A stretch of 64,000 bases of DNA. It comes from Streptomyces humicola. GTDB taxonomy: Bacteria > Actinomycetota > Actinomycetes > Streptomycetales > Streptomycetaceae. The notes under the pieces were generated by a model, which did not search any database, was not told the DNA's origin, and was given only the letters and a program-made list of their open reading frames with translations. The stretch lies in NCBI RefSeq assembly GCF_024436035.1, contig NZ_JANFNG010000001.1, positions 15,689 to 79,688 on the forward strand, read 5' to 3'. The stretch's first letter is position 1; the number at the start of each line of letters is the position of its first letter. Shown here piece by piece: positions 30,604 through 41,389 of the stretch. The translations under genes were made by a program, and so were the position numbers.

Positions 30604-31260
30604 GTGCTGCTGCGACTGCCCTACCTCGCCATGTCGATCGTGTTCGCCGTCATACGGCTGCTTCCGATGAGCGATGTAGACAAGGACATCCAGATATTGA
30701 CGCTGCGCCACCAGCTGGCCGTCCTGCACCGGCAAATCGACAGGCACAGGTCGTCCCGGCGGACCGCGCCTTCCTCGCCGCGTTCCTTCACCGGCTGCCC
30801 CGCATTCTCCCCGGACACGATCCTGCGGTGGCGCCGCGACCTCATGCGCCGCCGCCACGCCGATACCTTCCGCCGCAAGCGGGCCGGCAGGCCGCCGACC
30901 CGCCGCGCCACCCAAGCCCTCGTCCTGCGCCTGGCCCGCGAGAACGCAGGCTGGGGCTACCGGCGCATCCACGGCGAACTCGCCGGCCTCGGCATCAAGG
31001 TCGCACCCTCCACCGTGTGGGAGATCCTCCGGGCGCAGGGGATCGAGCCGGCGCCCGAACGCGATCACCAGACCTGGGCCGCCTTCCTGCGAAGCCCGCC
31101 CACACGATCCTGGCCTGCGACTTTTTCACCGCCACCACGCTCAGCGGGGCGAGACTCTATGTCTTCGCCGTCATCGAGCACGCCAACCGCCGCGCTCGCC
31201 TCATCGGTTCCGACTGCGGACAACGCCCGTTGCCTGACGCGCTTCAGGCAAGGGGGGCGT
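30604..31260 (+). mobile_element. DDE (rve integrase-core) transposase remnant, IS481/IS3-like, frameshifted and truncated
   Basis: LARENAGWGYRRIHGELAGLGIKVAPSTVWEIL is followed in the +1 frame by HTILACDFFTATTLSGARLYVFAVIEHANRRARLIG. No complete DDE domain. Confidence 0.65.
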
Positions 31261-31397
31261 AACGCTGATTTTCGACTTCATGCCGGAGCAACCGGATATG
31301 CCGACGTTTCGCCTGCCGAAAAACCTATCCAGTGACGTCAGGCGGATTGACTGTCCACGTCGCCTTGAGTGATGGCCAGCCGACTCACTGGAGTTGT

Positions 31398-32603
31398 TCA
31401 TGCTTCTCGGGGAGCCGAGGCGGCGGGGGCCGGTGCGGAGACCGCTCCGTCCATGCTTGGTGCGAGGGTGGAGTTCCGCAGCGTCTCCAGGACTGCCAAC
31501 CCCTGCGCGACAACCCCTGATGCGACCTCGTTGACACCCTCGGTGCCGTTGAGGATGGTCAGGCGGGACCCGGCGATACCTCGGGCTGCCGCCTCGGTGA
31601 GCACCGGCAGGTTTTCCACGACGCGATTCGCTGCGATGAGCTCCTGGTTGCCGTCTCTTAGTGACGCCGCCCGGGCGGTGTTGGCGTCGGCTTGCGCCTG
31701 CGCGATGGCCCGCTCGGTGTAGGCCCGCCCGTCCGCCTCGAACTTCGTCCGGTCGCGTTGGGCCTCGGCCAGGGTACGCTGCCGGTAGGCTTCCGCGTCT
31801 GCGGGGCGGCGTACTTCGGCTTCCAGCCGCTGTGCCGCGAGAGCTGCCTGACGCTGTGCCAAGGCAGTTTGTTCCTCGATGACTTCCTGGGACGCCCTGG
31901 CTTCGGCCAGCGGGCCCGCTTGGGCGGCACGGGCGTTGGACTGCTCGGTCTCGGCCAGGAATCCTGCCCGCTTGATCGCCGTGTCGCGTTCGTACTCGGC
32001 CTTCAGAGCAGCGGCCTGCTGTTCACGCTCGGCCGCTTCTTGGTCGGCCTTGGCCTGCGCGATCCGGGCCTGGCTGGCGACGGCCGCGGCATGCGGGGCC
32101 GCCAGGTTGTTGATGTAACCGGTTGCGTCTGAGATCTCTTGGATCTGCAGGGCGTCGACGACGATGCCCAGCTTTTCCATCTCGGTGTGGCTGGCCTCCT
32201 TGACCTCCTGCGCGACCCTGTCGCGTTCCCGGATGATCTGCTCGACCGTCAGACCGCCGACGATGGAGCGCAGATGCCCGGCGAAGATACGGCCGGAGAG
32301 TTCTTCCATGCGTTCCTGTTCGGTCAGGAAGCGCCGGGCTGCGTTGGCGATGGACACTGAGTCGTCGCCCACCTTGAACGCTGCGACGGCGCGGACGTTG
32401 AGCCGGATGCCTTGTTGCGTGACGCAGTCCTCGACGATCTCCGCCTCCCGTAGCGCGAGAGACAGCATGCGAGCCTTCTGTTTGATGGGGAGCACGAAGC
32501 TGCCGTGTCCGGTAACGATGCGGAACTGCGTGTCGTGCGCCGGACGCTTGGAGCCGGAGATGAGCATGGCCTCGTTGGGCGCGGGAACGTGCCAGAACAA
32601 CAT
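31398..32603 (-). CDS. SPFH/band-7 (flotillin-like) protein
   Basis: N-terminal MLFWHVPAPNEAMLISG. SPFH domain and a long Ala/Gln/Glu-rich coiled coil. Confidence 0.8.
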   Translation of the reverse strand: MLFWHVPAPNEAMLISGSKRPAHDTQFRIVTGHGSFVLPIKQKARMLSLALREAEIVEDCVTQQGIRLNVRAVAAFKVGDDSVSIANAARRFLTEQERMEELSGRIFAGHLRSIVGGLTVEQIIRERDRVAQEVKEASHTEMEKLGIVVDALQIQEISDATGYINNLAAPHAAAVASQARIAQAKADQEAAEREQQAAALKAEYERDTAIKRAGFLAETEQSNARAAQAGPLAEARASQEVIEEQTALAQRQAALAAQRLEAEVRRPADAEAYRQRTLAEAQRDRTKFEADGRAYTERAIAQAQADANTARAASLRDGNQELIAANRVVENLPVLTEAAARGIAGSRLTILNGTEGVNEVASGVVAQGLAVLETLRNSTLAPSMDGAVSAPAPAASAPREA

Positions 32604-32644
32604 AGAGGCCTCCTGTCGGATCGATTACGGCGAGTCGATTGCGG

Positions 32645-32863
32645 CTATGGGAAGGGCGCGACAATGACAGAGCGAGCCGAGGTACAGTCCACGACGATCA
32701 CGAGGGCGTGTTTGCCGATCGGCTTCTCGGACCAGGCCGCGAACGCCTCGGTCCCGCCGCGCACCGCGACCAGAACTTCGCCAGGCCCGTCCGGCGGGAT
32801 CGAAACGGTCACCCGCCCGATGGCTCCGATCGGACTTTGGTCTGCCTTGTCCAGTGGCTCCAT
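32645..32863 (-). CDS. NfeD-like short OB-fold protein, partner of the flotillin gene
   Basis: 72 aa. IGRVTVSIPPDGPGEVLVAVRGGTEAFAAWSEKPIGKHALVIVVD is an NfeD C-terminal beta-barrel pattern. It lies immediately upstream of the SPFH gene. Confidence 0.5.
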   Translation of the reverse strand: MEPLDKADQSPIGAIGRVTVSIPPDGPGEVLVAVRGGTEAFAAWSEKPIGKHALVIVVDCTSARSVIVAPFP

Positions 32864-33426
32864 ACATTTATCATCCCGCCCTCTGCTCCGACGGGCCCCC
32901 AGCCTGCGCGAACGGAACTCGCCCGCCCGGCGCTCGGTCTGTGGCCGGCTCCGGATACGCCCACGGACGGCTGCCGGGCGGGCCCCGGTACGCGGGGTGT
33001 CCTGGACAGCTCCACCGTACTCCCGGCGCGCTGCGCGGGCCCTGCTCGAAGGAGACCACCAAACGCTCCTACCTGGCCGGCTGGGCCGAGTACGGCTACT
33101 GCGCCAGCCACAGGCGCTACTTCTGGGGCCTGCGATTGCACCTGGTCTGCACCGGCCGGCCGCATCCGTACGTGCCGCGGGACGAGGGGTTCCCGGCCGA
33201 CAGCTGTGGTTATGGCAATGCGTGCCCTTTGGGTAACTCATTGCGATTCACCAGACTTCGCCACTTCTTGACGATCCGAGCAGCCACTATCACTTCCCGA
33301 CTTGGGTTATTGCGTCCGTAGTGCGAGCCTTGTAGATAGAGATCGTTGGGGCAAAGTTTGAGGCCCCAACCGGGTGCCGGTTCCCCCTGGCACCCCGGCC
33401 GCGATCAGCAGGAAGGAGGGTCGGAC

Positions 33427-33549
33427 ATGGCTATATTCGGAGCCTTCGGCCGCCATTACGGCCGCCACTTCGGGCGTCACTGGGACGGTGGCGACGGTGG
33501 CGACTGGGGCGACGACTGGGGATACGGATGGGGCGACTGGTGCGACTGA
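33427..33549 (+). CDS. 40-aa Gly/Trp/His/Asp-rich peptide (MAIFGAFGRHYGRHFGRHWDGGDGGDWGDDWGYGWGDWCD)
   Basis: AGGAGG lies 7 nt upstream of the ATG. Internal repeats GRHYGRHFGRHW and DWGDDWGYGWGDW. Confidence 0.4.
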   Translation: MAIFGAFGRHYGRHFGRHWDGGDGGDWGDDWGYGWGDWCD

Positions 33550-34288
33550 AGCACCCTTGACGATCCCTCGCCATGATCCTTCACGTACAAGTTAAAAGGG
33601 ACTGCAAAAGGGGTCGGCGGTCTGCCCGTCGGCCCCTTTTCCCTGCATCCTGCGATCACAACGGGCGATCGAACGCTCTGCGAACGCGATCGAAGGCGTC
33701 ATCCCCGTCATCTACGACCAGAACTCGTTCACCGCATCCAGGTCCTCAACACCCGTGCAGGTCGGTCACCTTCTCACCTACGATCCGGAACGCGATGGCC
33801 ACCGATCTGGTCCAGCTTTTTGCCGCCTCGCTGGCCGTGATGTGGTGCACGCACATCACATGTCCCCTGCCATCCACCGAGCGCATGGACGGAGCCGCTT
33901 ACCGGCGGGGGCTTTCGCACGCGCAGCGGACGCGACGGGCCGGGAACCGGCAGCAGCGGGCACCAGCATTGCTGATCAGTCGCGAGCGATGGCATGGGCC
34001 CCACTGGTTCACCTCGTGCGCCGCGCTTCACTACCTGGCTGACACGCGAGCCGAAGTGCAGTCTGGTCGCATCCGCCGGTTTCCCCACGGCCCCCGCAGT
34101 CCGGAAGTCCACGCCTGGGCCGCCCACCAACCGCGGCGTGTCGCGGACGGGCTGCGTGGGGAGGGAGGAGGCGCGGTGGGGCGGCGTCCTGGCTGGTCGG
34201 CGGCGCTGGGACGGTGCAGGGTGGAGACGTGGTGGCCTGGCAACGCGTTGCCGGTCCGCGGCAGCCATGGCAGGGAAGCCGTGCGCTG

Positions 34289-35376
34289 ATGGCGCTGCCC
34301 CTCATGCTCATCGTGCTCATCACCGTGGTGGACGTCCATTCTCCCGCAGGCGTCCATCTGGGGCCGGCGCTGGTCATCGCGCCCGCGATCACTGCTTCCT
34401 TCGCCGGCCCCCGTCTGACGGGTTTCATCGGAATCCTGGCCCTGGCGGCCCAGGTGCTCATTGCCGTGTTCCATGGCGGCGTGATCACCACCAACCACAT
34501 GGTGCAGATCGCCACCCTCGCCGTCCTCTCGGTCTTGATCGTGTCCTTCTGTGCGGTGCGCGAGCGGCGCGGACGGGAGCTGGCTCAGGTCCGGTCGGTG
34601 GCCGAGGCCGCGCAGCACGTCCTGTTGTGGCCGCTCCCGGAGAAGATTGGTCCGCTGCGGATCGCCTGCCTGTACCTGGCCGCCGAGGACGAGGCCCAGA
34701 TCGGTGGCGACCTGTACGCCGCCAGCCGCACCGAGACCGGCGTCCGCGTGATGATCGGCGACGTGCGGGGGCAAGGGCCTGTCCGCCATCGGAGAGGCCG
34801 CCCTCCTGCTCGGATCCTTCCGCGAGGCCGCCCACCAGCACACGACCCTGCCCGCACTGGCCGCCGCCCTGGAACAAAGCGTTACCCGCTACCTGGCCGA
34901 CTTCGAGCCGGCCGACGAGGCAGGGGAACGCTTCGCCACCACTTTGCTGCTGGAAATCCCCGACGACGGCCACATCACATCGATGACCAGCTGCGGCCAC
35001 CCCCCGCCCCTGCTGCTCAGCCCCGGCAACGCCGTGCACCCCGCACCCCCGCTCGGCATCGGCGGCACAGGCCCGGAGGACTACGGTCTCGATGTGGTCT
35101 CCTTCGAGCCCGGAGACACCCTCCTGCTCTACACCGACGGTGTCGTCGAAGCCCGCGACGCCGACGGCGGCTTCTACCCGTTCACGGAGCGGGCCGCACA
35201 GTGGACCGACCACAGCCCCGAGGCACTTCTCCACCACCTCCGCCGCGATCTCCTCTCTCACGTCGGAGGACGCCTCGGCGACGACGCCGCACTCATCGCG
35301 CTCCACCGCACGCCGACCGTCCACCGGGACCGCCACCACGGAAAGATCACCCACGGGCTCCGCCACCGCCCCTGAG
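34289..35376 (+). CDS. membrane-anchored SpoIIE/PP2C phosphatase, apparently frameshifted in a G5 run near 34780
   Basis: N-terminal TM helices (LMLIVLITVV, FIGILALAAQVLIAV). PP2C motifs GGDLYAA and VMIGDVRG. The frame then shifts at cgggggcaagg. The rest of the domain (LYTDGVVEARDADGGFY) is found in ORF 34944..35375. Confidence 0.5.
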
Positions 35377-35951
35377 CTCCGCCACCGCCCCTGAACCTTG
35401 TCGGTCTGATGACTTCCACCTGGAACGGCAGGCGTTGGACGACGTAGTCGAGGAACTGGATAGCGGTGGCCTGGTTCAGCGTCGGGTAGATGCGGGCAGC
35501 ACGCGCAGCCTTGTGCGACATGGCGTATGACCGCCCGGCGCCGCTTGGCCTCACGATCAAGCGGTGGTTCTTCGACATGGGTGATCTCCGTAGTGGCCGG
35601 AGACCCAGGCGCACGCGACCATGAACGCACCCCCGCCTACGCCGAACCCACCTCGCCTGGAGCGTCGTCACCTTCATGCTCCGACGCCTTGTCCGCACCA
35701 GCGTTCCAGCGGCCTGCTCGCCGCGTGAGCGGCGGGTTCAACGCGACCCTTCCCGAAGCCGCAGAACTCAGTCGGCGCAGTCCGGCCCGGGACCACTCTC
35801 CACCCAACCTGTCGGCGAGGACCTGTAGCGTGACCGCAGATGCCGCCTTTTCGCCTCACGGCCAGGACGTTCGGGAGCCCCACGTGGCCAAAGACGACGA
35901 ACTTTCGCCACCAAGCAGGCACCAGGCCACGGTCCTGCATGCAAGCGTGGG

Positions 35952-36758
35952 GTGTGCCTCATGACCCCCGCTTACGGCACTTACGGCAGGTTCATCCAGC
36001 AGATCCGGCTGGCCTCCGGTGTCGACCACAGCCGGTACCCGTTCAGCCTTCCCGCTGTGAGGCAACTTGCCTGTTCAGGCGCACTCGCCCTGGCGCCGGG
36101 GGTCACGTTCCTCGTGGGTGAGAACGGCGCAGGCAAATCGACGCTGATCGAGGCGATCGCGGTGGCCGCAGGGTTCAATCCCGAGGGTGGTAGCCGGAAC
36201 TTCCGGTTCGCCACCCGAGCCACCGAGTCCGTGCTGGGTGACCACCTGATCCTGACCCGGGGGATCCGCAAACCTCGTACCGACTTCTTCCTGCGCGCGG
36301 AGTCCTACTACAACGTGGCCAGTGAGATCGAACGACTCCATCGAGCCGGAGGCCCGCCACTGCTACGGGCCTACGGTGGCGTGTCCCCGCACGAGCGCTC
36401 CCACGGGCAGTCGTTTCTCGATCTGGCCACCCACCGCTTCGGACCCGAGGGACTGTACCTGCTGGACGAGCCGGAGGCCGCCCTGTCAGTCCAAAGTTGC
36501 CTCGCCCTGCTCTCCCGCATGCACGAACTGGTCGAACAAGGCAGCCAGTTTCTCGTCGCCACGCACTCGCCGATTCTCCTCGCTCTCCCCGGCGCGACGA
36601 TCATGGAGATCTCCGACGAAGGCACGCTGGAGCAGGTCGACTTCGACCAGGCCCTCCCAGTGCGCCTGACACGCGAGTTCCTCGGAGCACCGGGCCGGTT
36701 CCTGAATAATCTTCTAGGGACCGGCGAGATCAACGGTACTCAAGGCAGTTGGCACTGA
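35952..36758 (+). CDS. AAA/ABC-like ATPase (AAA_21 / COG3910-type predicted ATPase)
   Basis: Walker A GENGAGKST, Walker B LYLLDEPEAALS, H-loop VATHSP. Confidence 0.6.
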   Translation: MCLMTPAYGTYGRFIQQIRLASGVDHSRYPFSLPAVRQLACSGALALAPGVTFLVGENGAGKSTLIEAIAVAAGFNPEGGSRNFRFATRATESVLGDHLILTRGIRKPRTDFFLRAESYYNVASEIERLHRAGGPPLLRAYGGVSPHERSHGQSFLDLATHRFGPEGLYLLDEPEAALSVQSCLALLSRMHELVEQGSQFLVATHSPILLALPGATIMEISDEGTLEQVDFDQALPVRLTREFLGAPGRFLNNLLGTGEINGTQGSWH

Positions 36759-36869
36759 AGCAGGTATTGGAGAGCGCCCTCAGGCCCGCATTCTGCTGAC
36801 CCGGCTCCATACCGAACACCCCGAAATCGCGCTGGTCCGGGGCGGACAACGCCTATGGCGGTGAGGAGT

Positions 36870-37400
36870 TCACCACCTGGGGCCGGTGGGCGTTGTGGTG
36901 CAGCTCGAACTGGCGGAGGGCGTGGCGCAGGTGGCGCTCGTTCCAGATGAGGGTGCGGTCCAGGAGTTCGTGGCGGCAGGTCTGGACCTAGCGCTCCCGT
37001 GCACCCTGCGGTAGCCCCACGATGGGTTCTCCCGGACCAGGTGCGGGATCAGGATGCGGATCGAGCGAACGGCGGACGGGCGGCCTGGCCCCTTCGGTCG
37101 GCAGGTGCGGGCGTGGCGCTGCTTGATCAGGTCGCGGTGCCATCGCAGCACGGTGTCGGGTTGGACCAGGAACCGGAGCCGGCGCAGAACCTGGCCCGGC
37201 AGCGGCACCAGCGGAGCGGCGAGGAAGGCCCGGCCTTCCGAGGCGGACTTCGCCCGGTCCGTATCGAGCTGCCGCTCAAGGGCCATGATCTGGTGGCGCA
37301 TGGCGAGAATCTCCGCGTCCTTGACGCGGTCGCTCGTCGGTAGCAGCCGCAGCGCGGCGAACGCGCTGGTGACGGTCAGGTAGGCGAGCGGCGAGACGAA
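36870..37400 (-). mobile_element. second remnant of the same rve-type transposase family (N-terminal part, frameshifted)
   Basis: LVRENPSWGYRRVHG motif and the same upstream helix pattern (DVDKDIQILTLRHQLAVL vs DRVKDAEILAMRHQIMAL). Confidence 0.55.
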
Positions 37401-37778
37401 GCAACGAGTGCTCATCCTGCCGCAGCGCCGAACAAGCCCCTGAGCTGTATGGATGACATTCTCGGCAGGCGCACTGTGCTCGCGGGCGGGCAACTCTCAA
37501 GTCGCATCACGATAGCCCGGCGCTCCGGCGAAGGGCGCATCTCGGGGCCTGAGTTGATCTGCACGGAATCGTGAACCGGCCGGAAGGCAGGGTTCCAGCG
37601 AAGGCGAATGCTCCAATTGCCCCAGCTCGCGCACGCTGTTGTCCTGGCCCTCTTGTCTGGGTGCCGTCAAATGCGCTGGAATGCGTGAGCTTGTCGGGAC
37701 GGGTGTTCCAAAAGCACACACGCGTCCAAGACCGGCATGCGCCCCTGCATGCCCCCTGACGTCTTACCAGACGAGAGG

Positions 37779-40700
37779 ATGTCAATGTTCGGCTGGAGAA
37801 AATCCCAGCTCGTTGGTGTCACACTCACCGCCGCGTCCCTCGCCCTGGCCTTCGGGACCACGGCGAACGGCGCCCCGCTGCCTTCAGTGCCCAATGCCCA
37901 GGCGGTCGCGGACAGCAGAGCACCGGCACCGGTGATCGTGATTTTGAAGGACCAGATACCGGGCGTCCCCGCCGACGCCGCGCATCTGAAGGAGCGAGCG
38001 CAGAAGACCGCAGCGGCGCAGGCCCCGCTGCTGGCCAAGGTCAAAGCGGAGGGCGGCACCCGGATCAAGACCTTCGTGGTCGGCAACGCCTTCTCCGCGA
38101 CGGTGAGTCCGGCGCTGCGGGCCGCGCTGCAGGCCGACCCGGCGGTGGCCTCCGTCGTGCCCGACGAGTCGGTGTCGGTCACCCCGACCAGCGGCACCGA
38201 CACCACACAGGGGACCGCGAGCGCCGCAACGGCCCACGCGGCGGCAGCGCCCAAGGCGCACCGCACCTCCGGTAACGAGCTGCCCACCAACACGATTTGC
38301 CCGAGCAACCCGGCCAAGCCCCTGCTGGAGCCCGAGGCGCTCTACTCGACGCACGTCGAAGGCACCCCCGGATCGCCGGGCGCCCACGCCATCGCCACCG
38401 GCAAGGGCGTCAAGGTCGCCTACATAGCCGACGGCCTGGACCCCAACGACCCGGACTTCATCCGCCCCGACGGCTCGCACGCGGTCATCGACCACCAGGA
38501 CTTCTCCGGTGACGGTTGGGACGCGCCGAGCGGTGCGGCGGAAGCCTTCGGCGACGCCTCGGCGATGGTCGCGCAGGGCACCCAGACCTACGACCTGTCG
38601 AAGTTCGTCAACCCCACGCACCCGCTGCCCGTCGGCTGCAACATCCGGATCGAGGGCGTGGCGCCCGGTGCCTCCCTGGTGGCCCTCAAGGCCGGCGGCA
38701 CCCTCTTCCCCAACTCGGCGATCCTGCAGTCCATCGACTACGCCGTCTCGGTGGCTCACGTCAACGTGCTCAACGAGTCGTTCGGCAGCAACGTCACCCC
38801 GGACAGCGGCGCGCACGACACCATCTCGCTCTTCAACGACGAGGCGGTCGCCGCGGGTGTGACGGTGACGGTCTCCAGTGGGGACGCCGGAGTCAACAGC
38901 ACCGTCGGCACTCCGTCGACCGACCCCAACGTGATCTCGGTGGGCGCCTCGACGGACAACGAGTCGTATCTGCAGACCGGTTACGCGGCCGCTCAGTTCT
39001 CCAACGGCACCTGGGCGGACAACAGGATCTCGGCGCTCTCCTCCGGCGGCTTCACGCAGGCGGGGCGCACCGTGGACCTGGTCGCCCCGGGTGAGGCGGA
39101 CTGGGCGCTCTGTTCGCCCAAGATCACCGAGTTCACCGAGTGCACCAACTACAACGGCAGCGGCAGCCCGATCCAGCCGTTCGGCGGGACCAGCCAGGCC
39201 GCGCCGCTGACGGCCGGTGCGGCTGCCCTGGTGATCCAGGCGTACCGGGACGGCCACCACGGCCAGTCCCCGACCCCCGCGCTGGTCAAACAGTTCCTCA
39301 CCGGCACTGCCCAGGACCTCGGCCTGCCGGCCCAGGAGCAGGGCGCGGGTCTGCTGAACGTGCGCGGCGCCGTCGAAGCCGCCCGCGGCTACCAGAGCCC
39401 GGCGGGCGCGCAGGCGAGCAGCACGGTCGCAGTCACCACCGGTCAGGTGGACATCACCGGCCGCCCCGGCTCGTTGCACACCGCGAACGTCACCGTGGTC
39501 AACACCGGCCACACCGCGCAGACGGTGACGGGCGCCACGCGCACCTTTGCCCCGCAGTCCAACGCGCAGCAGACGGTGGCGCTCAACTCCACCACCGACC
39601 CGCAGTTCCCGTACGCCACCAACGGCGCGCCTTGGGTGCATCACGATGTGAAGTTCACCGTCCCGCCGGGGGCCGACCGGCTCTCCGCGTCGATCGCCTG
39701 GCAGGGCAAGGCACAGCCGTCGGGGTCGTCCACGGTGACCCCGGTGGTCCGGATGACCCTGCTTGATCCGTCCGGCCGGCTGGAGACCAACACCCGGCCG
39801 CAGGGCGCCGCGGTCTCGCCGAACTTCGGCGTGGTCGACGTCCCGCACCCGGTCGCCGGCCAGTGGACCGCGATCCTCTACACCCCGGCCGGCAGCAACG
39901 GCTTCACCGGTCCGGTGCTGCTGGACACCGCCACCCAGCGCGCGGTGCAGGACGGCTTGGTGAGCCCGCAGGTGACCACCTTGGCCCCGGGCCGGAGCGC
40001 CACCCTGCACGTTCACCTCACCACCCCGGCGACCAGCGGTGACGCCGCCGAGTCGATCACCGTGGCGAGCTCAGGCGGCCACACCACCAGCGTTCCGGTC
40101 ATCCTGCGCAGCCTCGTCGACCTCTCCGGGAAGAGCGGTGCCTTCAGCGGTGTCATCACCGGTGGCAACGCCCGCGACGCCTCGCCCGCGCAGCAGTTCA
40201 CCTACGCGTTCGATGTGCCGGCCGGCCACCGCGACCTGCGGGCCGGGGTGGACCTCAGCGACTCCAACGTGGTGGTGCAGGCCGCGCTGATCAGCCCCAA
40301 CGGCACCCCGATCGACATCGAGAGCAACGGGCTCTTCAACGCCGCTGGCGCCCTGACCGGCACCGGGCGTGGCGTGTCGGTCACCACCGTCAACCCGGCT
40401 GCCGGTCGCTGGCGCCTCGTGCTGGTGGTGGTCAACCCGGTGAGCGGCGCCGAGCTCAGCTCCCCGTTCCAGGGCACCATCGGCTTGGACCAGGACCAGG
40501 CGACCGTGCCCGGCCTGCCGAACAGCGCGGCCACCAAGCTCCCGGCCGGCAAGCCGACCACGCTCAACGTCTCTTACACCAACAACACCGCGGCCACTCA
40601 GCTGGTGCAGGCCGACGGCCGGCTCGCCACATACGTGGACCTGCCGTTGGTGCCGCAGGGCACCTCGGCCACCGTCACCCTGCCGCTCAGCGTGACCTCG

Positions 40701-41261
40701 GTGACCCCGGGCTTCCTCGTACCGCCGGGCACCGACAAGTTCACCGCCGTGGCATCCTCCTCGACCTCCGCGCAGCTGGAGATGAGCGGCGTGGCCGGAT
40801 CGCCCGACCTGTTCGGTGACCTCACCTCCGCGCAGGCCGGCTCCACGATCTCGGTGGTCAAGGACGAGGGCAGCACCTCGCAGCCGATCGTGCCGGGCTT
40901 CTGGGGCAGCTACGTGCAGCAGATCGGCCCGTTCCCGGCCGCGGGCGCGCCAGCCGGCACCTCCACGCTCACCGCGAGCGCCCACACCCTGGCGTTCGAC
41001 CCGGCGCTGACCTCCAGCACCAACGACCCCTTCGCCGCCGCGTGGAATGCCTCGGCACCGGCGGTCGCGCCGCTCGCCGTCAAGCCCGACGCCATGGGCA
41101 CCCTGCGGATCACCATCACCCCGCAGGGCCCGAAGGGCAGCATCGTGCACGGCGTGCTGTACCTGGTGTCCGACCCGGAGGGCGTACTCACCGCCAACAA
41201 CCAGTTCGGCACCACCGGTTCGGTGCTGGCGGCGATTCCGTACAGCTACACCGTGAGCTGA
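37779..41261 (+). CDS. secreted subtilase (S8 family)-like peptidase with long C-terminal beta-rich extension (1160 aa)
   Basis: Signal peptide. Asp block VAYIADGLD, oxyanion block VNVLNESFG, Ser block GGTSQAAPLTAGAA. The canonical HGTH His block is not recognisable by eye. Confidence 0.7.
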   Translation: MSMFGWRKSQLVGVTLTAASLALAFGTTANGAPLPSVPNAQAVADSRAPAPVIVILKDQIPGVPADAAHLKERAQKTAAAQAPLLAKVKAEGGTRIKTFVVGNAFSATVSPALRAALQADPAVASVVPDESVSVTPTSGTDTTQGTASAATAHAAAAPKAHRTSGNELPTNTICPSNPAKPLLEPEALYSTHVEGTPGSPGAHAIATGKGVKVAYIADGLDPNDPDFIRPDGSHAVIDHQDFSGDGWDAPSGAAEAFGDASAMVAQGTQTYDLSKFVNPTHPLPVGCNIRIEGVAPGASLVALKAGGTLFPNSAILQSIDYAVSVAHVNVLNESFGSNVTPDSGAHDTISLFNDEAVAAGVTVTVSSGDAGVNSTVGTPSTDPNVISVGASTDNESYLQTGYAAAQFSNGTWADNRISALSSGGFTQAGRTVDLVAPGEADWALCSPKITEFTECTNYNGSGSPIQPFGGTSQAAPLTAGAAALVIQAYRDGHHGQSPTPALVKQFLTGTAQDLGLPAQEQGAGLLNVRGAVEAARGYQSPAGAQASSTVAVTTGQVDITGRPGSLHTANVTVVNTGHTAQTVTGATRTFAPQSNAQQTVALNSTTDPQFPYATNGAPWVHHDVKFTVPPGADRLSASIAWQGKAQPSGSSTVTPVVRMTLLDPSGRLETNTRPQGAAVSPNFGVVDVPHPVAGQWTAILYTPAGSNGFTGPVLLDTATQRAVQDGLVSPQVTTLAPGRSATLHVHLTTPATSGDAAESITVASSGGHTTSVPVILRSLVDLSGKSGAFSGVITGGNARDASPAQQFTYAFDVPAGHRDLRAGVDLSDSNVVVQAALISPNGTPIDIESNGLFNAAGALTGTGRGVSVTTVNPAAGRWRLVLVVVNPVSGAELSSPFQGTIGLDQDQATVPGLPNSAATKLPAGKPTTLNVSYTNNTAATQLVQADGRLATYVDLPLVPQGTSATVTLPLSVTSVTPGFLVPPGTDKFTAVASSSTSAQLEMSGVAGSPDLFGDLTSAQAGSTISVVKDEGSTSQPIVPGFWGSYVQQIGPFPAAGAPAGTSTLTASAHTLAFDPALTSSTNDPFAAAWNASAPAVAPLAVKPDAMGTLRITITPQGPKGSIVHGVLYLVSDPEGVLTANNQFGTTGSVLAAIPYSYTVS

Positions 41262-41278
41262 CATCTGTCAGTGAACAG

Positions 41279-41310
41279 GCCGAGGCTGCCCCGCACCGGG
41301 GCGGCCTCGG
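41279..41310 (+). terminator. GC-rich hairpin after the subtilase stop (CCGAGGCTGCCCCG / CGGGGCGGCCTCGG)
   Basis: 14-bp inverted repeat with one mismatch and a 3-4 nt loop. Confidence 0.4.
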
Positions 41311-41389
41311 CTGCTTATGGTCTGCCGCTCGAAAATACGAAGCGCTGGCACGCCACGACCTGCGTGCCGAAGCGTCGCTGGGCGCCCGC

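Noticed and set aside
37884-40016. 710-aa ORF antisense to the subtilase gene
   Set aside because: Entirely antisense to a CDS with clear S8 motifs. The translation is Gly/Arg/Val-rich with no domain. High-GC shadow ORF.
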